Positions 14,029-25,881 of a DNA stretch of 64,000 bases are shown here, in pieces. Location: assembly GCA_965112155.1 (NCBI GenBank), contig OZ218098.1; one strand, 5' to 3'. This DNA comes from Podarcis liolepis. Lineage: Eukaryota. The stretch's first letter is position 1. Each line of letters opens with the position of its first letter. The notes below the pieces were generated by a model. It made no database searches, was not told the DNA's origin, and saw nothing but the letters and a program-made list of their open reading frames with translations. The translations under genes were made by a program, and so were the position numbers.

Positions 14029-14368
14029 ATTACAGTAATTCTTAAACATTATAAAAGGATTTCTTGGTCCCAGTGATAAAAAACCACGGGTATGTACTTT
14101 GCTCAAATCAACAAGAGGCTGAGCAGGATTTACTACACACCAACTGGATATCTTAAGAGCTACAGTGTTAATTAGATAAGTAGCAGCCTTCCCTATAGTG
14201 GCTTTTTTAAAAAGAGAGAGAGACAGAGAAAGAGAAAGGCAGCTATTTAAAAATGATGGTAATTGCTGGTTGCTTCTGATCTCTTGGGCACATGCTTATA
14301 TAAGTTCAGTTTGAGTGAGCTTATCTTTATTGTGTAAATAATATTTCTTAAGTCTGGGGACATGCCAT

Positions 14369-14822
14369 GTGCTAGCATTCGGCCTAGGACCCTCGTACCT
14401 ACGGGACCGCCTCTCCTGGTATGCCCCACAGAGAAACCTACGGTCTGCAAATAATAACATCCTCAAGGTCCCAGGCCTCAGAGAGGTTAGGCTGGCCTCA
14501 ACTAGAGCCAGGGCCTTCTCGGCTGCGGCTCCAAACTGGTGGAATGCTCTGTCACAAGAGACTAGGGCCCTGCGGGACCTGACATCTTTCCGCAGGGCCT
14601 GCAAGACAGAGTTGTTCCGCCAGACTTTTGGTCAGGGCGCAGCCTGACTCCCTCCTCTGGCAACCTGCACAGAATTTTGTTTAATCGGTTGCCATCAATT
14701 TGATTTTAACTAATTTTTATAATGAAATATTTTTAGAATGTGTTATTATTTGATTGTTTATTTGATTGTTGTTAGCCGCCCTGAGCCCGGCTTTGGCTGG
14801 GGAGGGCGGGATATAAATAAAA

Positions 14823-14853
<31 letters not shown>
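14369..14853 (+). mobile_element. Young 5'-truncated L2/CR1-clade LINE
   Basis: Open frame GLGPSYLRDRL...RNLRSA...RAFSAAAPNWWNALSQE...SFRRACKTELF is typical of the L2 ORF2 C-terminus. CpGs retained, 3'UTR and (TAT)n tail present. Confidence 0.88.
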
Positions 14854-15650
14854 TAATGTTAACACTCAAATGATAGTTGATGGATTGTACATTTCTGTTG
14901 CTGGGATCATTTGGTCTGCTACTGTCGGTAAGTGGAGCTGGGCAAAGCTATCTTGTGGCTCAAAAATAAGCCATTTTCATGCAAAATATATTTTTAAAAT
15001 GTAATGGCTGACTTCCCTGCCATGCCAAATTTTAATCCATTACTGCTTCCACCCTCTGATATCCAAAAAGAAGAGGACTTTCCTGGACACGGGAAATATT
15101 CACAACCATGTACTGAGGGGCCTTGCAAGCCTCCATAGTTTCTTCCTGTTGGTGGCTACCATTTGTGCAGACAGTACAGATTGTTTGTTCAGACAGTAGT
15201 GAAAGCCTTTGGCAGCCAGGAAAGCATGCATGTCTTCATAGATTCTGACTGTCAAAGACTCTGATTGTACTGCCATGAGAGGTCACTGCTGGCTGCATGA
15301 ATCTTTTGACAGGCAGACATGAACAATCTAGGACAATCCTTGCCAGGCTAGCAAAGGTTTGCTACAAAGGTTTCCACAGCCTCCACAGTTCAGATGATTC
15401 ACATGAATGGCTAAGGAAGCGCCTTGACCTCAGGCTTCAAGAAATCTTGAGCACGCAGCACCTTCCAGGACTTCACCAGCAATTCTACTTCTTAATAGTA
15501 GTAGAACATACAGTAGCTATTTCATCAACTGGCAGTGTTATTAGTGCACTTTCTCTTGCTTGATTTGTTAGGTTTCTGGCCAGGGGATGTTACCTCCTGT
15601 TTCTCTGCTTGAGGCAAAACAAAAAGTGCCACCACCTATCTTCTCTCAGC

Positions 15651-15973
15651 GCCTAGGGCTTGCCGATCACATGGTCGGCGGTTCGAATCCCCGCGGCGGG
15701 GTGAGCTCCCGTCTTTCGGTCCCAGCTCCTGCCCACCTAGCAGTTCGAAAGCACCCCTAAGTGCAAGTAGATAAATAGGTACCGCTTTATAGCGGGAAGG
15801 TAAACGGCGTTTCCATGTGCTGCGCTGGTGCTGGCTCGCCAGAGCAGCTTTGTCACACTGGCCACGTGACCCAGAAGTGTCTCCAGACAGCGCTGGCCCC
15901 CGGCCTCTTAAGTGAGATGGGCGCACAACCCTAGAGTCGGTCATGACTGGCCCGTATGGGCAGGGGTACCTTT
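15651..15973 (+). mobile_element. Sauria SINE, 5'-clipped
   Basis: B-box GGTTCGAATCC, body GTGCAAGTAGATAAATAGGTACCGCT...GGGAAGGTAAACGG, and a CAGGGGTACCTTT end. Confidence 0.88.
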
Positions 15974-16152
15974 TTATGGACTCAGCCTAAATAATGCTGC
16001 TAGTTGTTCATAAGCTGGTTATTGAGAGACTTTAAGGGGTTATAATGCCGCTGGGAAAATTAAGAGATGGGCTGAGGAAGGGTTTACAAAGAGTGTATAA
16101 GGAGACTGACTGAGCTTTTCCTCAGTTGGGTTGCACGCTTCTCTGAGCTTTT

Positions 16153-16156
<4 letters not shown>

Positions 16157-16215
<59 letters not shown>
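16157..16215. repeat. (CT)n microsatellite
   Basis: Directly visible. Confidence 0.95.
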
Positions 16216-17264
16216 TATTTTGGCTCAGGGACTGCACCGCTTCATTATCCACAGAGAAGGAGCATTTGTCAGTTAAACATTTACAAAGGGTTCCAAAGGG
16301 CCAGTCAGCTGTGTTGGGACAATCCCATTGAGAACGTACACTTTGAGTGGAAATGACAATCCTAAGTGGAAATAACTTTAACTGTCACATGCCAGCTGGG
16401 TATGCCTAAAGGAAGTAAACTGGCTTTGCTGCTGCCAGCCAAGATACTGGCCAGCTTGCCTAACCCAGCAGATGAGTTTGCATTGAGAAGTAAGCAACAC
16501 TTGCTCCCTGCCCAGCAGTAGATGGCTCTAGAGCAAAAGAAGAGTCAAAGGCAGCAACAATTCAAGCAAGGGAGTAATTAGGTGGAGCACAGAGTGAACA
16601 AATGGAATAGAAAGAAAATGACTTGTCCAGAGCTGTTAATAACTAGTAAGAATGCCGCTGTAGGTGCATGTGTAACGTTTACTGCATATCACCAGGAAGT
16701 TAGAGGTCATAATGGAATATTAAATGACATTTAATTATGGGACTGCGGCTCAATAACAGCCCGGAAGGCAAGAGGGGGGTATTATGAGCAGATAGTCTAA
16801 AAGAAGCAGTGTAATGGAATCTTAAATTTTAAAACTGCATTAAATTTCCCTTCAATAGATTCTAGCCAGCAGTCACAATAAAATTAAAGTAGAAGGCTCC
16901 CATATCTGTATTTAAACGGGATTAAAACTGAACAAATGACTTTTCTACAGGAATGAGCCTGGCAGATGTAGTGAAGCAAATGTGTATTAATAGCAGTATA
17001 GTCTTAGAAAGTGCTGTTGCGGTAGTGTTGACCTATCAGTGTCCGCTAAAGGCAGAAGGATCATCTAGAGAGCCCTAGTGAGAGAGCAGAGCATTGCAGG
17101 ATAATTCTTAGGAATTAACATTTGCCAGGCCTTTTCCTGAGACATAATGTAGCAGCTATAATGAAGACTGTTGAGGCAGCATATGATAATACTTTGCATT
17201 ACCTTTCAAATGTATATTTCAAGTATATCTTTTTTATTTAAAAAATGTGTTCAAAGGAGCTTAA

Positions 17265-17430
17265 TGTAATCTCAGTAATCCTTTGGTGGCCTTGGAAGAT
17301 AGGCCAGTTTTATACCCCTGTTTTAGAAGGTAAGCTGACCTGACAGAATAGTGGCTTGTCTAAGGGTATGTGGTAAATTTGTGACTCAGGTAGGATTTGA
17401 TCACATTCTTAGCCACTGTCTCATACTCAC
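17265..17430 (-). mobile_element. Ancient MIR/CORE-like SINE remnant
   Basis: ATACCCCTGTTTTAGAAGGTAAGCTGA...GGCTTGTCTAAGG...GGATTTGA resembles the reverse strand of the MIR core. Heavily diverged. Confidence 0.5.
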
Positions 17431-17632
17431 ATGCTAGAACCCAGTCATGTAGCATATAATACCTATGTGTTAGGATTTTGCCTTGGGTTCTGAGTAATCT
17501 GCATCCAGCCCATCTTATAGCCAGCCTCTAGGAACTGAACCCATGCTCCTGAACCAGGTACATTATTTCTGTACGTTGGTTCAGTGTTGAGGTTTCCCCA
17601 TCCTATCCCTGTCACTTGGATTCTGACTATTC

Positions 17633-17917
17633 CAGGCAATTCCCCACCCCCTGCTACCTGCAGGCAATTCCCCACCCCCTGCTACCTGCAGGCAATTCCC
17701 CACCCCCTGCTACCTGCAGGCAATTCCCCACCCCCTGCTACCTGCAGGCAATTCCCCACCCCCTGCTACCTGCAAGCAATTCCCCACCCCCTGCTACCTG
17801 CAGGCAATTCCCCACCCCCTGCTACCTGCAGGCAATTCCCCACCCCCTGCTACCTGCAGGCAATTCCCCACCCCCTGCTACCTGCAGGCAATTCCCCACC
17901 CCCTGCTACCTGCAGGC
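17633..17917. repeat. 28-bp minisatellite, 10.2 copies
   Basis: Unit CAGGCAATTCCCCACCCCCTGCTACCTG x10 plus CAGGC. One substitution (G>A at 17775). Confidence 0.97.
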
Positions 17918-18228
17918 GAAGGTGTTCTCTGATCACCTGTTCCAGATTGTTGGGCGACCCTCCAGAACAGGGGGGAAAGTGGTATGCAAGTCTACATGAA
18001 GACAGTGGAATCAACAGAGATCCCCTCACCCTTTTCATTAGCTGATGCCTTGATCCAAAGCTCTTCTTTCAATGCAAGGGCACTTGTTGGATTTCACCAC
18101 CTCTCAGCCTTACATTAAAGGATGAAATGAGAACATCTCATTTATGCCAGCTTGAACTCAGCTGGGGGCAAGGTGGAGGTAAAATGTAGCAACTGAATAA
18201 GGCACTATGACGAAGCTACAGGAATAGC

Positions 18229-18790
18229 TTGGCCTCAGTAATCCATGCTCTGATAACCTTTCATTTTTATTCCTGCGATACATACTATGCAGGGCTGCCC
18301 TTGAAGACCACTTGGAAATTGCAGCTGGTCCGAAATGTGGTGGTTCATCTCTTGAGCAGAGTCTCCAGTCAGAATAATCTTTCTCCAGTTCTTAAATATT
18401 TGCAGTTGTTTCCAATCCATTTCCACTCTGAATTCAAAGTTTTACAAAAGGCATAAAAAGCCCTGGATTACTTGCATGAGGGAAATCCTCTTCCGGTATG
18501 TGGCAGTCCAGGGAGTTCAGATCCTCTATGGAGGCTCTCCTTAATGTCCTAACCTTGGGAATTACACGTAGGCAATCCTTTCCCCTGGCAGCATCCCTGC
18601 TCTGGAATGCCTTCCCATCCACTGTTTAATCTGTCTGTTTGTTTGGAGCTTTGGCCTGCTTAATGTGAAACTGTTCACGTCCTGTTTTTATTGTGCTTTG
18701 CTGTGACTTTAAATGAGATTACTTTGTCTTATTGAATATCATTGTTGCCTGCCCAGAGAATGTTTGGATGTAGAGCAGGAGATCAATGAA
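18229..18790 (+). mobile_element. Old L2-type LINE 3' fragment
   Basis: VIHALIT...YAGLPLKTTWKLQLVRN...LSPVLKYL..FPI..FKVL and downstream CTCTGGAATGCCTTCCC are L2 ORF2 C-terminal motifs. Frame disrupted. Confidence 0.8.
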
Positions 18791-19259
18791 ACTAAGTACA
18801 GTACGTAGATAGATATCTTGTTGTTCTATGAGATGCAGTGACATTGCTCTTCATGCGCTTAAAGAATTGCTGTAGTTTAAAGGGACAGGATCCTTTCAGA
18901 ACAAACCTTGGTTACAGCTTAATGTGCCGCAGCAGGAAACTTCATGTCCAGGAGCACACAAGTTTGTGTGATTCCGCTCAACCAAATAGTGGCTTTGTAT
19001 CATCCCTTTGTGCGCAAGTGGAAGGATTTTCCACTAATGCACAGGGGAGTAAGGTGCTGAATCTGCCCTGAGCACCTATTCTCAGGAATTGGCAAAACAA
19101 GAACTCAGAATTCTGATTCTGGTAGTGCTTAGCCTTTGGAAATATTTCCCATATCTTAGTTTATGTGAAACTGCATATGTTTCATTTTGAAAGTATCTGT
19201 GCGCCATAGAATGGGATCACATTTGGTGACAGCTGATCTGCTTTTCCTTCCGGTGCTAG

Positions 19260-19394
19260 ATTGCCTATGCTGCAGTGGACTGTGCCAAAGAACAGAACCA
19301 TGACCTGTGTAAGCAGGAAGGTGTGGATGGTTACCCAACCTTTAACTACTACAACTATGGAAAATTTATAGAAAAATATAACGGAGACAGAGGG
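19260..19394 (+). CDS. PDIA5: PDIA5 penultimate coding exon
   Basis: Acceptor cttttccttccggtgctAG, donor GTaagt, 135 nt: IAYAAVDCAKEQNHDLCKQEGVDGYPTFNYYNYGKFIEKYNGDRG, with the thioredoxin-fold AVDC and GYPT (cis-Pro) motifs. Confidence 0.96.
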
Positions 19395-22300
19395 GTAAGT
19401 ACATGGTGCTGTTCTAAAAGATCTACTGGTGTGGGGAGGGAGTATCTTTTTTAAGTGGTTTCATCAGCAAACAGTAAAATCACCACCAGCAACAACAGGG
19501 ACATAATACAGAGCCAGTTATTTTGCCAATGAGTTTAATGCTTCCATTATAAATTCCTCATGACTGTGTCACCTTATTCCACACATAATGCATGCATTTA
19601 GCATCTGGAATTAACTCAGTAGAAAATTTTGGAGGCTTTTATTTTGAGTCTTATAATTTATTAAAAATTTAGCACTAATGAAAATGCAAAAATTGAATGT
19701 CTGCCAATTCCACATCAACTCCTAGCCAATGTAGTGCAGAAGCTGTTCCAATTGGCTCTCCATATTCATTAGGAATCTAAGCCTTGGTTGCCCTGTACAC
19801 ATTTGGAAATTCACTACACACAGCCAAATGATAATAGATTGTTTGTTGGTTTTGTTTTGTGACCAAAACCCACATTTTCTGGGCAGTTTGCACTGGTCAC
19901 CTTTAGCTTGTGACCTTGATGTCTCCTTACATTTCAGGTTTTGCAGAGATAGATTATTAGCAGCTCACTTGTATCTTGAAATGGAGGAGACAAAAGTTTA
20001 CCAGCTACTCAAGAATGCTCAGTTTAAAGGTCCATAGCTAGGTTATTAACAATTGCCTGGAGACCTAATGTGAAAGATTGTTTTGTATATTAATATGGCC
20101 GGTAAACATTGTTGAGAAACATTTGGCTGCAATATTATTGCTGCTGGTACAAAAAATCTGTAGATATATAGAAAGAGAGGATTTGTGGTACGATCCTGTG
20201 GGTGCTTCGTTGAGCCTTTTTACAGGTTGTTCATGTGGGAATTCTGTCAGGATAACACCTCCACAATTTGATCCTTAATGAACTAAGCCATTCTGTAAAC
20301 TTTGTTATGGATCAAGTGTTGTGCTTTGCTTTTAGAATGAAGCTTTATCCGCCCTAAATATAAATAAGAGGGAATTGAGTTTAAGCCATCTCTTTGGCTT
20401 TATAAATGCGCTTACAAAAGTAAAGGGATTTATGAAAGCCAACAGATCTTGTTTGTTTGGCTAAGGAAGAAAAAAACAAGTGTACACTTGCTCTTTCAAA
20501 ATCACACTTTGGGGGTGGGGAATCTGGCTAGCTGTCCTAGTGTTCAATTGTCCTTTTCGTTTCTTAACATTTGAGTTAGCACACAGTGCCTCTGCATCTT
20601 CATTCTCTCAATTACTAGCAGAGGGCTTCCTCCCTCTACCCAGCTGGAACTTGTGTGCTCAGAGGAGACTGTAACTGCCAAGTGCTTACTGGGAAATTGG
20701 AGATTTTGTTAAATCCTTCGTTAGTTTAAAAATATTTCCATTTGTGGCGATGAGCAACTTGCCCTCCCCCCAATCTCTTTCCTCCTAGGCCAACATTTCA
20801 GCTTATGTTTGGTAGTGTTATCCCTGTTGAGAGTCTAACAGTGCATCTTTGGTACAGCAGCAAACTGCTAATATTACTGTCATTGTACTCATATGTTGCA
20901 AGGCTGTATTTATTACATTGCAAATAAGGATACAATCTCTTACTAGCTCTCATTTTAAAAAAGTAGTCTGGGCTTCTCATATGCAGTGAAAGAGAACGTT
21001 CCCTGTGAAGTCAGTGGGACTCATGGCACTCACCTTGGCTCCAAAGAGGTATCTTGCTTTAGGCACAGGGCAGGCCCAGTAGAATATTTATCTGAGGTCT
21101 TTCAACCATTCAGAATAGATTTAAGATAGGTGTAGGAGGAAGGGGAAATCGCTGAAAATTACATTCCTGGTTGTTTTGCTGATGAATTCCTTCTCTCAGT
21201 CACCACTAGATACCACCCCCCGTCTTTGAGCCACAGGCCCCATATTGTACAGCAGTATTAATGGTCCCTTCAGTTTTAAAAGTAATAATTGACCATGTGA
21301 TGGTGGCTGCTGTTCAATAAATCCATGCACCTAAACTTCTTTGGATCCCAGACTGCTTCTACACTGCAGTGAGCCTGGAGAAAGGCAGATAACAGACCAA
21401 TGCAATGTTACTGTGTTGAAAACAGGACCTGCTAAACACATCTTGAAGTGGAGCACTAAAAAAGAGTGGGGAAGCTTATTTTAATTGTGGTTATATATCC
21501 TTTTCAACAGTTACTTGGGTATTGGACATTTTGTTAGAAATGGAGAAAGAAACATCACACACAGCTTCACTGGGCTGGATAATGTGTTTCGGATAACACT
21601 TGTAATAGCAGGTACATTGCTAATCAAAAGCTAGTTCTTTGGGGTGTTTACTAGGATCTCAAATTTCGCAACTAGTGGTGCGGAACATTCTGAATTAAAA
21701 TTGACAGATGCAGCCGACAGAATAGCAGTGGTTCCATTCCCTCTGCATCATGTGCCCAAATAGATCAGATGAGTTGTCAGGTCTAATCTAAAGCCCTTGG
21801 AAATTAATGGAAAAGCTTACAGACTTCTGTGGTAGTTTGGCTCAAACTCTCACTGTTTTGGGAGCATGACCTCATTATTTTGATCACTTACAAAGAGACA
21901 ATATGCTGCAGATTAAAGGCACAGTTCTTTGCTGCAGGATTCTCACAGACATGGCAGAATAATAGCAGAACTCTCCTGCCCTGCAAATTTCATGTTCATT
22001 TTTAGTAATGACTTGTTTCAGAATGTGGTTACACCTTTCAAGTATTTTCACATTGGGGAGCCTTCACAAGGCGGTTTAATCATCTGATGAGTTTAGCTGG
22101 AAGCTTTTCCTTGTAGTGATTATTCCATCTCAAAAATGGCTCGGCAGCAGAGGAAGCTTTTAAGAGGGGACTGAGATAATGAAGGACATATGACCAGGTC
22201 TGGGCAGTGTGGGGACTGAACTGTGAGATTACCACTCTGAGGAAGGAAGATTATACAGTTGCTAGTGGTGGAGGCAGGAGGCTTTTGAAAATAGTGAGCC

Positions 22301-22703
22301 AAGACCAGGAGCGGGTGTTAGCAGACTGGAATTGGGGGACGTTGTGTGGCAAGAGTGAGCCAGGGGAAAGCAAGGCAGTAGCAGCAGTGTGCACCATGCA
22401 CCCTTCACATAGCTGTGTCCACTTAGGATTCTGGAAGAGTGATGAAGCACTTAACTCCCACTCTGACCCCATCCATCCATTCAGAGCAACCATGATGCTG
22501 TAGAGTGTTTCTTTTACTTAAGGGAAGTGTTCAGTTTGTGACCAAATGGTCACTTGTCATATAAATACAAGGACCTGCCTTACCTGCTCCTTTTACCTCT
22601 GCCTGCACTACTGCATGCCCATTTGCCTGTAGAAGATGCGTTGGAGTCCTGTGTTCCAGTTTCACTGTGCAACCAATGCCTTTCTTTACCTCTCACATTC
22701 TAG

Positions 22704-22784
22704 GAGTCTGGATTCTCGACTTTCATGCGGACGCTCAGAGAACGGGACCATGAAAAGATAGGGAAGAGGAAAGATGAGTTGTAA
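22704..22784 (+). CDS. PDIA5: PDIA5 terminal coding exon ending in the ER-retrieval signal KDEL
   Basis: Acceptor ctctcacattctAG, then 81 nt: ESGFSTFMRTLRERDHEKIGKRKDEL-TAA, in frame with the previous exon. Confidence 0.96.
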   Translation, partial: ESGFSTFMRTLRERDHEKIGKRKDEL

Positions 22785-22926
22785 TTTCTGCCTCACACGA
22801 TGATTTCCACTGCACTGTGAATGGTCTCAGGGCCACTGGTACAATGCCTGGGATTCCACATCTTTTTAAAAAGAGAGACTTTGGTTTTTTTTACAAACAG
22901 CCATTTGCCATTTTGTACAATTTTGA

Positions 22927-22968
22927 AATAAAGTGAGATCATTTGATTTTTAAAAGGAAAAAAATAAA
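22927..22968 (+). terminator. Candidate PDIA5 polyadenylation signals (AATAAA at 22927 and 22963)
   Basis: Two canonical hexamers about 140-180 nt after the stop, followed by T/GT-rich sequence. The cleavage site cannot be seen from DNA. Confidence 0.6.
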
Positions 22969-24660
22969 TGACATCATTGTTGCCATATTCTGTTATGGAA
23001 AACGAAAAGAAGAGCGTTTTCTCTCCATTTGATGCACCTATGCCCATTTGATACTCCTATGCAATCTTTTTTGTAATCTGTAGGTTTGATAGTGATTTCC
23101 CCCTGACAAGGTGATTTCTGCATTTTTTTAATTTTTGAAGAATATTATATGTGAAATGGCTTTTAAAAATTGGAGGGTGAGGATGAATGGAAGGTGCAAT
23201 GGATCCATCAGGAGCAAGTTCCATGGAAACAGACAGAGCTTTGTGGTCTCAGTGGACTCTGCCCCAAGCCTCTTCAGGTGCAGTTATAGCACTTGTGTGC
23301 ACAGCACTTAATTCAGGAACCAGGTGAGATTAAGTGCACTTTCAGTCCTTATAGTCCACGTACTAAGCAGACATCAGCCTGCACTGCTCACTCCTGCTCT
23401 GCATGGCTAATCAGACATCTGCCAGAACAGGGTAGTGTGTGGAGTCTGAATGACAGATCTGCCACAATTATCACACAAGCATCTTTTGTAAGTGGGGCCT
23501 TTTCCAGGAACAGTGTGTGTGCATTTCTATTTGTGCTCAGCAGTGCCAAACTGGTAGGACGACTAGTTGTGACTGGGGCATGCTCTTGCGGTCTTGCTAG
23601 GTTACACTTCCTTCCTAGAGAGATGGGGGGGGGGCAATTTTTAAGGTGCTCAGGGATAATAGGTAAATAATGAAGAAGCATTGATTGGCCATTTCAGATC
23701 TTAATTGACTGTAGTGGTGGTTTTTGTTTTGTTTTTGTTTTTTTAATCTGCCGTACTGTTTACATATCTTTATAGAATGTGTGGGTTATTTCAAACAAAT
23801 GTCTCTGCATTCGGCACATATCAAGCACCGAATGTCTCTCAGTGTATGTGTTTGCTCTCACGTTGTCCAATGCTCCTGTAAGCATAGGAGTGGTGTAGTG
23901 CAGGTATAAATAAGGTTCTACTTAATTTATGATCTGACCATAGGAACTGCGTATTTGCTAAGCATTCCATTTGACTGTTGACAGAGGCACTGATATTTTT
24001 GATATGAAGAAACATCATGCAACAATACTTGTTTACGTTCCAAAGGCTTGTCTATGTGAGTTAACTACAAAAGGAAAGTATAATTTTTTTAGAATTCTAT
24101 AGAAGCAAGTTGTGCTTTAAAAAAAAAAAATTGTTTAGCCCCTGTCAGTGATGTAAGAAAATAACAGCATTACTAGAACTAGCTTTTAAAAGTCCGTAAT
24201 TATGTGCAGATTCTGTGAGGTGAGGGTGATCTGGACATTGTGTCTCCATGGGATTTATTATATTTTTTGTGATTTCCAATTTGATCAAAAAGAATAAAAG
24301 ATTGAAAATATGCTCTAATTGCTGCCTTTATTCAACATTTTGTAGGCCAGATTGCCTGAAGCTGCTGTGCTGGTGACTAAAAACCATTTCTTCTAGCCGT
24401 TCTCGCTAGCCACACCGGAAAGGTCAAGCATCTCCAGTCTCCGCTTCCATGTTTTCAAAGTCCCTGTGGGGAAAGAACAAAAGTCTCCTCGCCACTGTCT
24501 TGCCTAATTGTTAAGGCAAGTTACAAGTAACAAAAGAGTCTTTGTAAAGCTGTTTCTCTTGACTCCTCTGCTCCATCTGGTGGAAGATGCAGATAAATTC
24601 GGGAAATCTGTAATGAAATAAAACCCACAGCCTCTCTACCTGGGCTACTTCTTGCCAGTA

Positions 24661-24808
24661 CATAGATCTGCAGAATTCTAAAGTTGGAAGGGAACACAAG
24701 GGTCATCTAGTCCAACCCGCTGCTATGCAGGAATATTTTTGTCCAACGTGGGGCTGAGCCCCACAACCCTGAGATTAAGAGTCTCATGCTCTACCAACCA
24801 AGCTATCC
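24661..24808 (-). mobile_element. tRNA-Lys(CTT)-derived SINE with CR1-like 3' tail
   Basis: Reverse strand GGATAGCTTGGTTGGTAGAGCATGAGACTCTTAATCTCAGGGTTGTGGGGCTCAGCCCCACGTTGG is a mutated tRNA-Lys-CTT, followed by GTTGGACTAGATGACCCTTG...TTCCCTTCCAACT (CR1 3' end). Confidence 0.8.
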
Positions 24809-25560
24809 TGCAGGAAATAACAAGCTGTAGAAGAATACATAGGTGCATGGGAAATGATTATAGCCCATTGGTTAACTGAAATCTGGTGTTCTTCCTTACA
24901 ACCTTGTAGAAACTTCTCAAGTGCAAGCAGAGGCACTGTAGGCCACCTGAAGAGGTTCTGTGAGATGGGTTCTGCTTGAGGATCACCTATAGAAAGATCA
25001 GGGTTTTAAAGGAATGTTCCTTCCTTCATAATAGTCTCAGCTCCATCAAAGGAGATAAAATTTCCCTTACTTCACTCCATCAATCTGGGGTGTCCATTAG
25101 CAATGAAAGTTGGATCTAGCAACTCTAACAAACTTGCTGGAATACTTATAGGATTCATGCATAGAAAAGGGGCAGTAGTGGTACAGATATGACCCACATA
25201 CACTGTCACTTTTGAATATAGTCTGCGTAAAACGCCATGTATGAAGCTGAGAGTGTCACTGGAGTATTCTCAGTGAAGAAACAATCTCTACTCACTGTCT
25301 GCTTGATCTTGCTTCTTTTCACTCTTGTTCGGGCTCCACGTTTTCTCTGCTGTGGATTCTCACTTTTTAACAAGCTACCAGTGGCCTGGTTTTCCTCTTA
25401 TGTATTCCTTTGAATGCTAGCGAGCAGGGAGGTCTGCATTGATGATCTGCTGTAAAGCACAGTTGTTGTTCAGGTGATCTACAGCTGAAAGGGGAAGTGT
25501 GTGGGGGGGTCATCCTTCCCACCTGGACATTTAGCAAAGTTATGTGTTTAAGTCCCGCTG

Positions 25561-25765
25561 ACATCAAGAACATCAGAGCCCTGCTGGATCAGGGCTCAAG
25601 CCCATGAGCCCAGAGTCCTGTTCTTACAGTAGCCAGTCAGATGCCTACAGTAAGCCTGCAAGCAGGACCTGAGGACAAGAGCATCATCCCCATGCGTGAT
25701 TCCCAGCAAATAGATTTGGAAGCATCCTACCGCCCAACAGTGGCACTGCAACATTCCCATCATGG
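25561..25765 (-). mobile_element. CR1-type LINE 3' UTR remnant
   Basis: AAGAACATCAGAGCCCTGCTGGATCAGG...CCTGTTCTTACAGTAGCCA..CAGATGCC resembles a common reptile CR1 3' end in reverse. Confidence 0.6.
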
Positions 25766-25828
25766 TTCCTTGAATATATTCAATTAAACTCAATGGGAAT
25801 AATGCTTAATTTTAGTTTGATTGTTTGT

Positions 25829-25872
<44 letters not shown>

Positions 25873-25881
25873 TGTGTGTGT
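25829..25881. repeat. Compound (CT)n(GT)n microsatellite
   Basis: Directly visible. Confidence 0.95.

Noticed and set aside
14369-14647. Host gene nested in the PDIA5 intron
   Set aside because: The peptide is the C-terminus of an L2 LINE ORF2, followed by a LINE UTR and tail.
17584-18045. 153-aa and 127-aa repetitive ORFs, and a CRISPR-like appearance
   Set aside because: Both ORFs are read-through of the stop-free 28-bp minisatellite. The repeats are contiguous with no spacers, and the DNA is vertebrate.
24741-24808. Functional tRNA-Lys(CTT) gene
   Set aside because: The D-arm, T-loop (GGGGCTCAG instead of GGTTCGAG) and acceptor stem are mutated, and it is fused to a CR1 tail. It is a SINE head.
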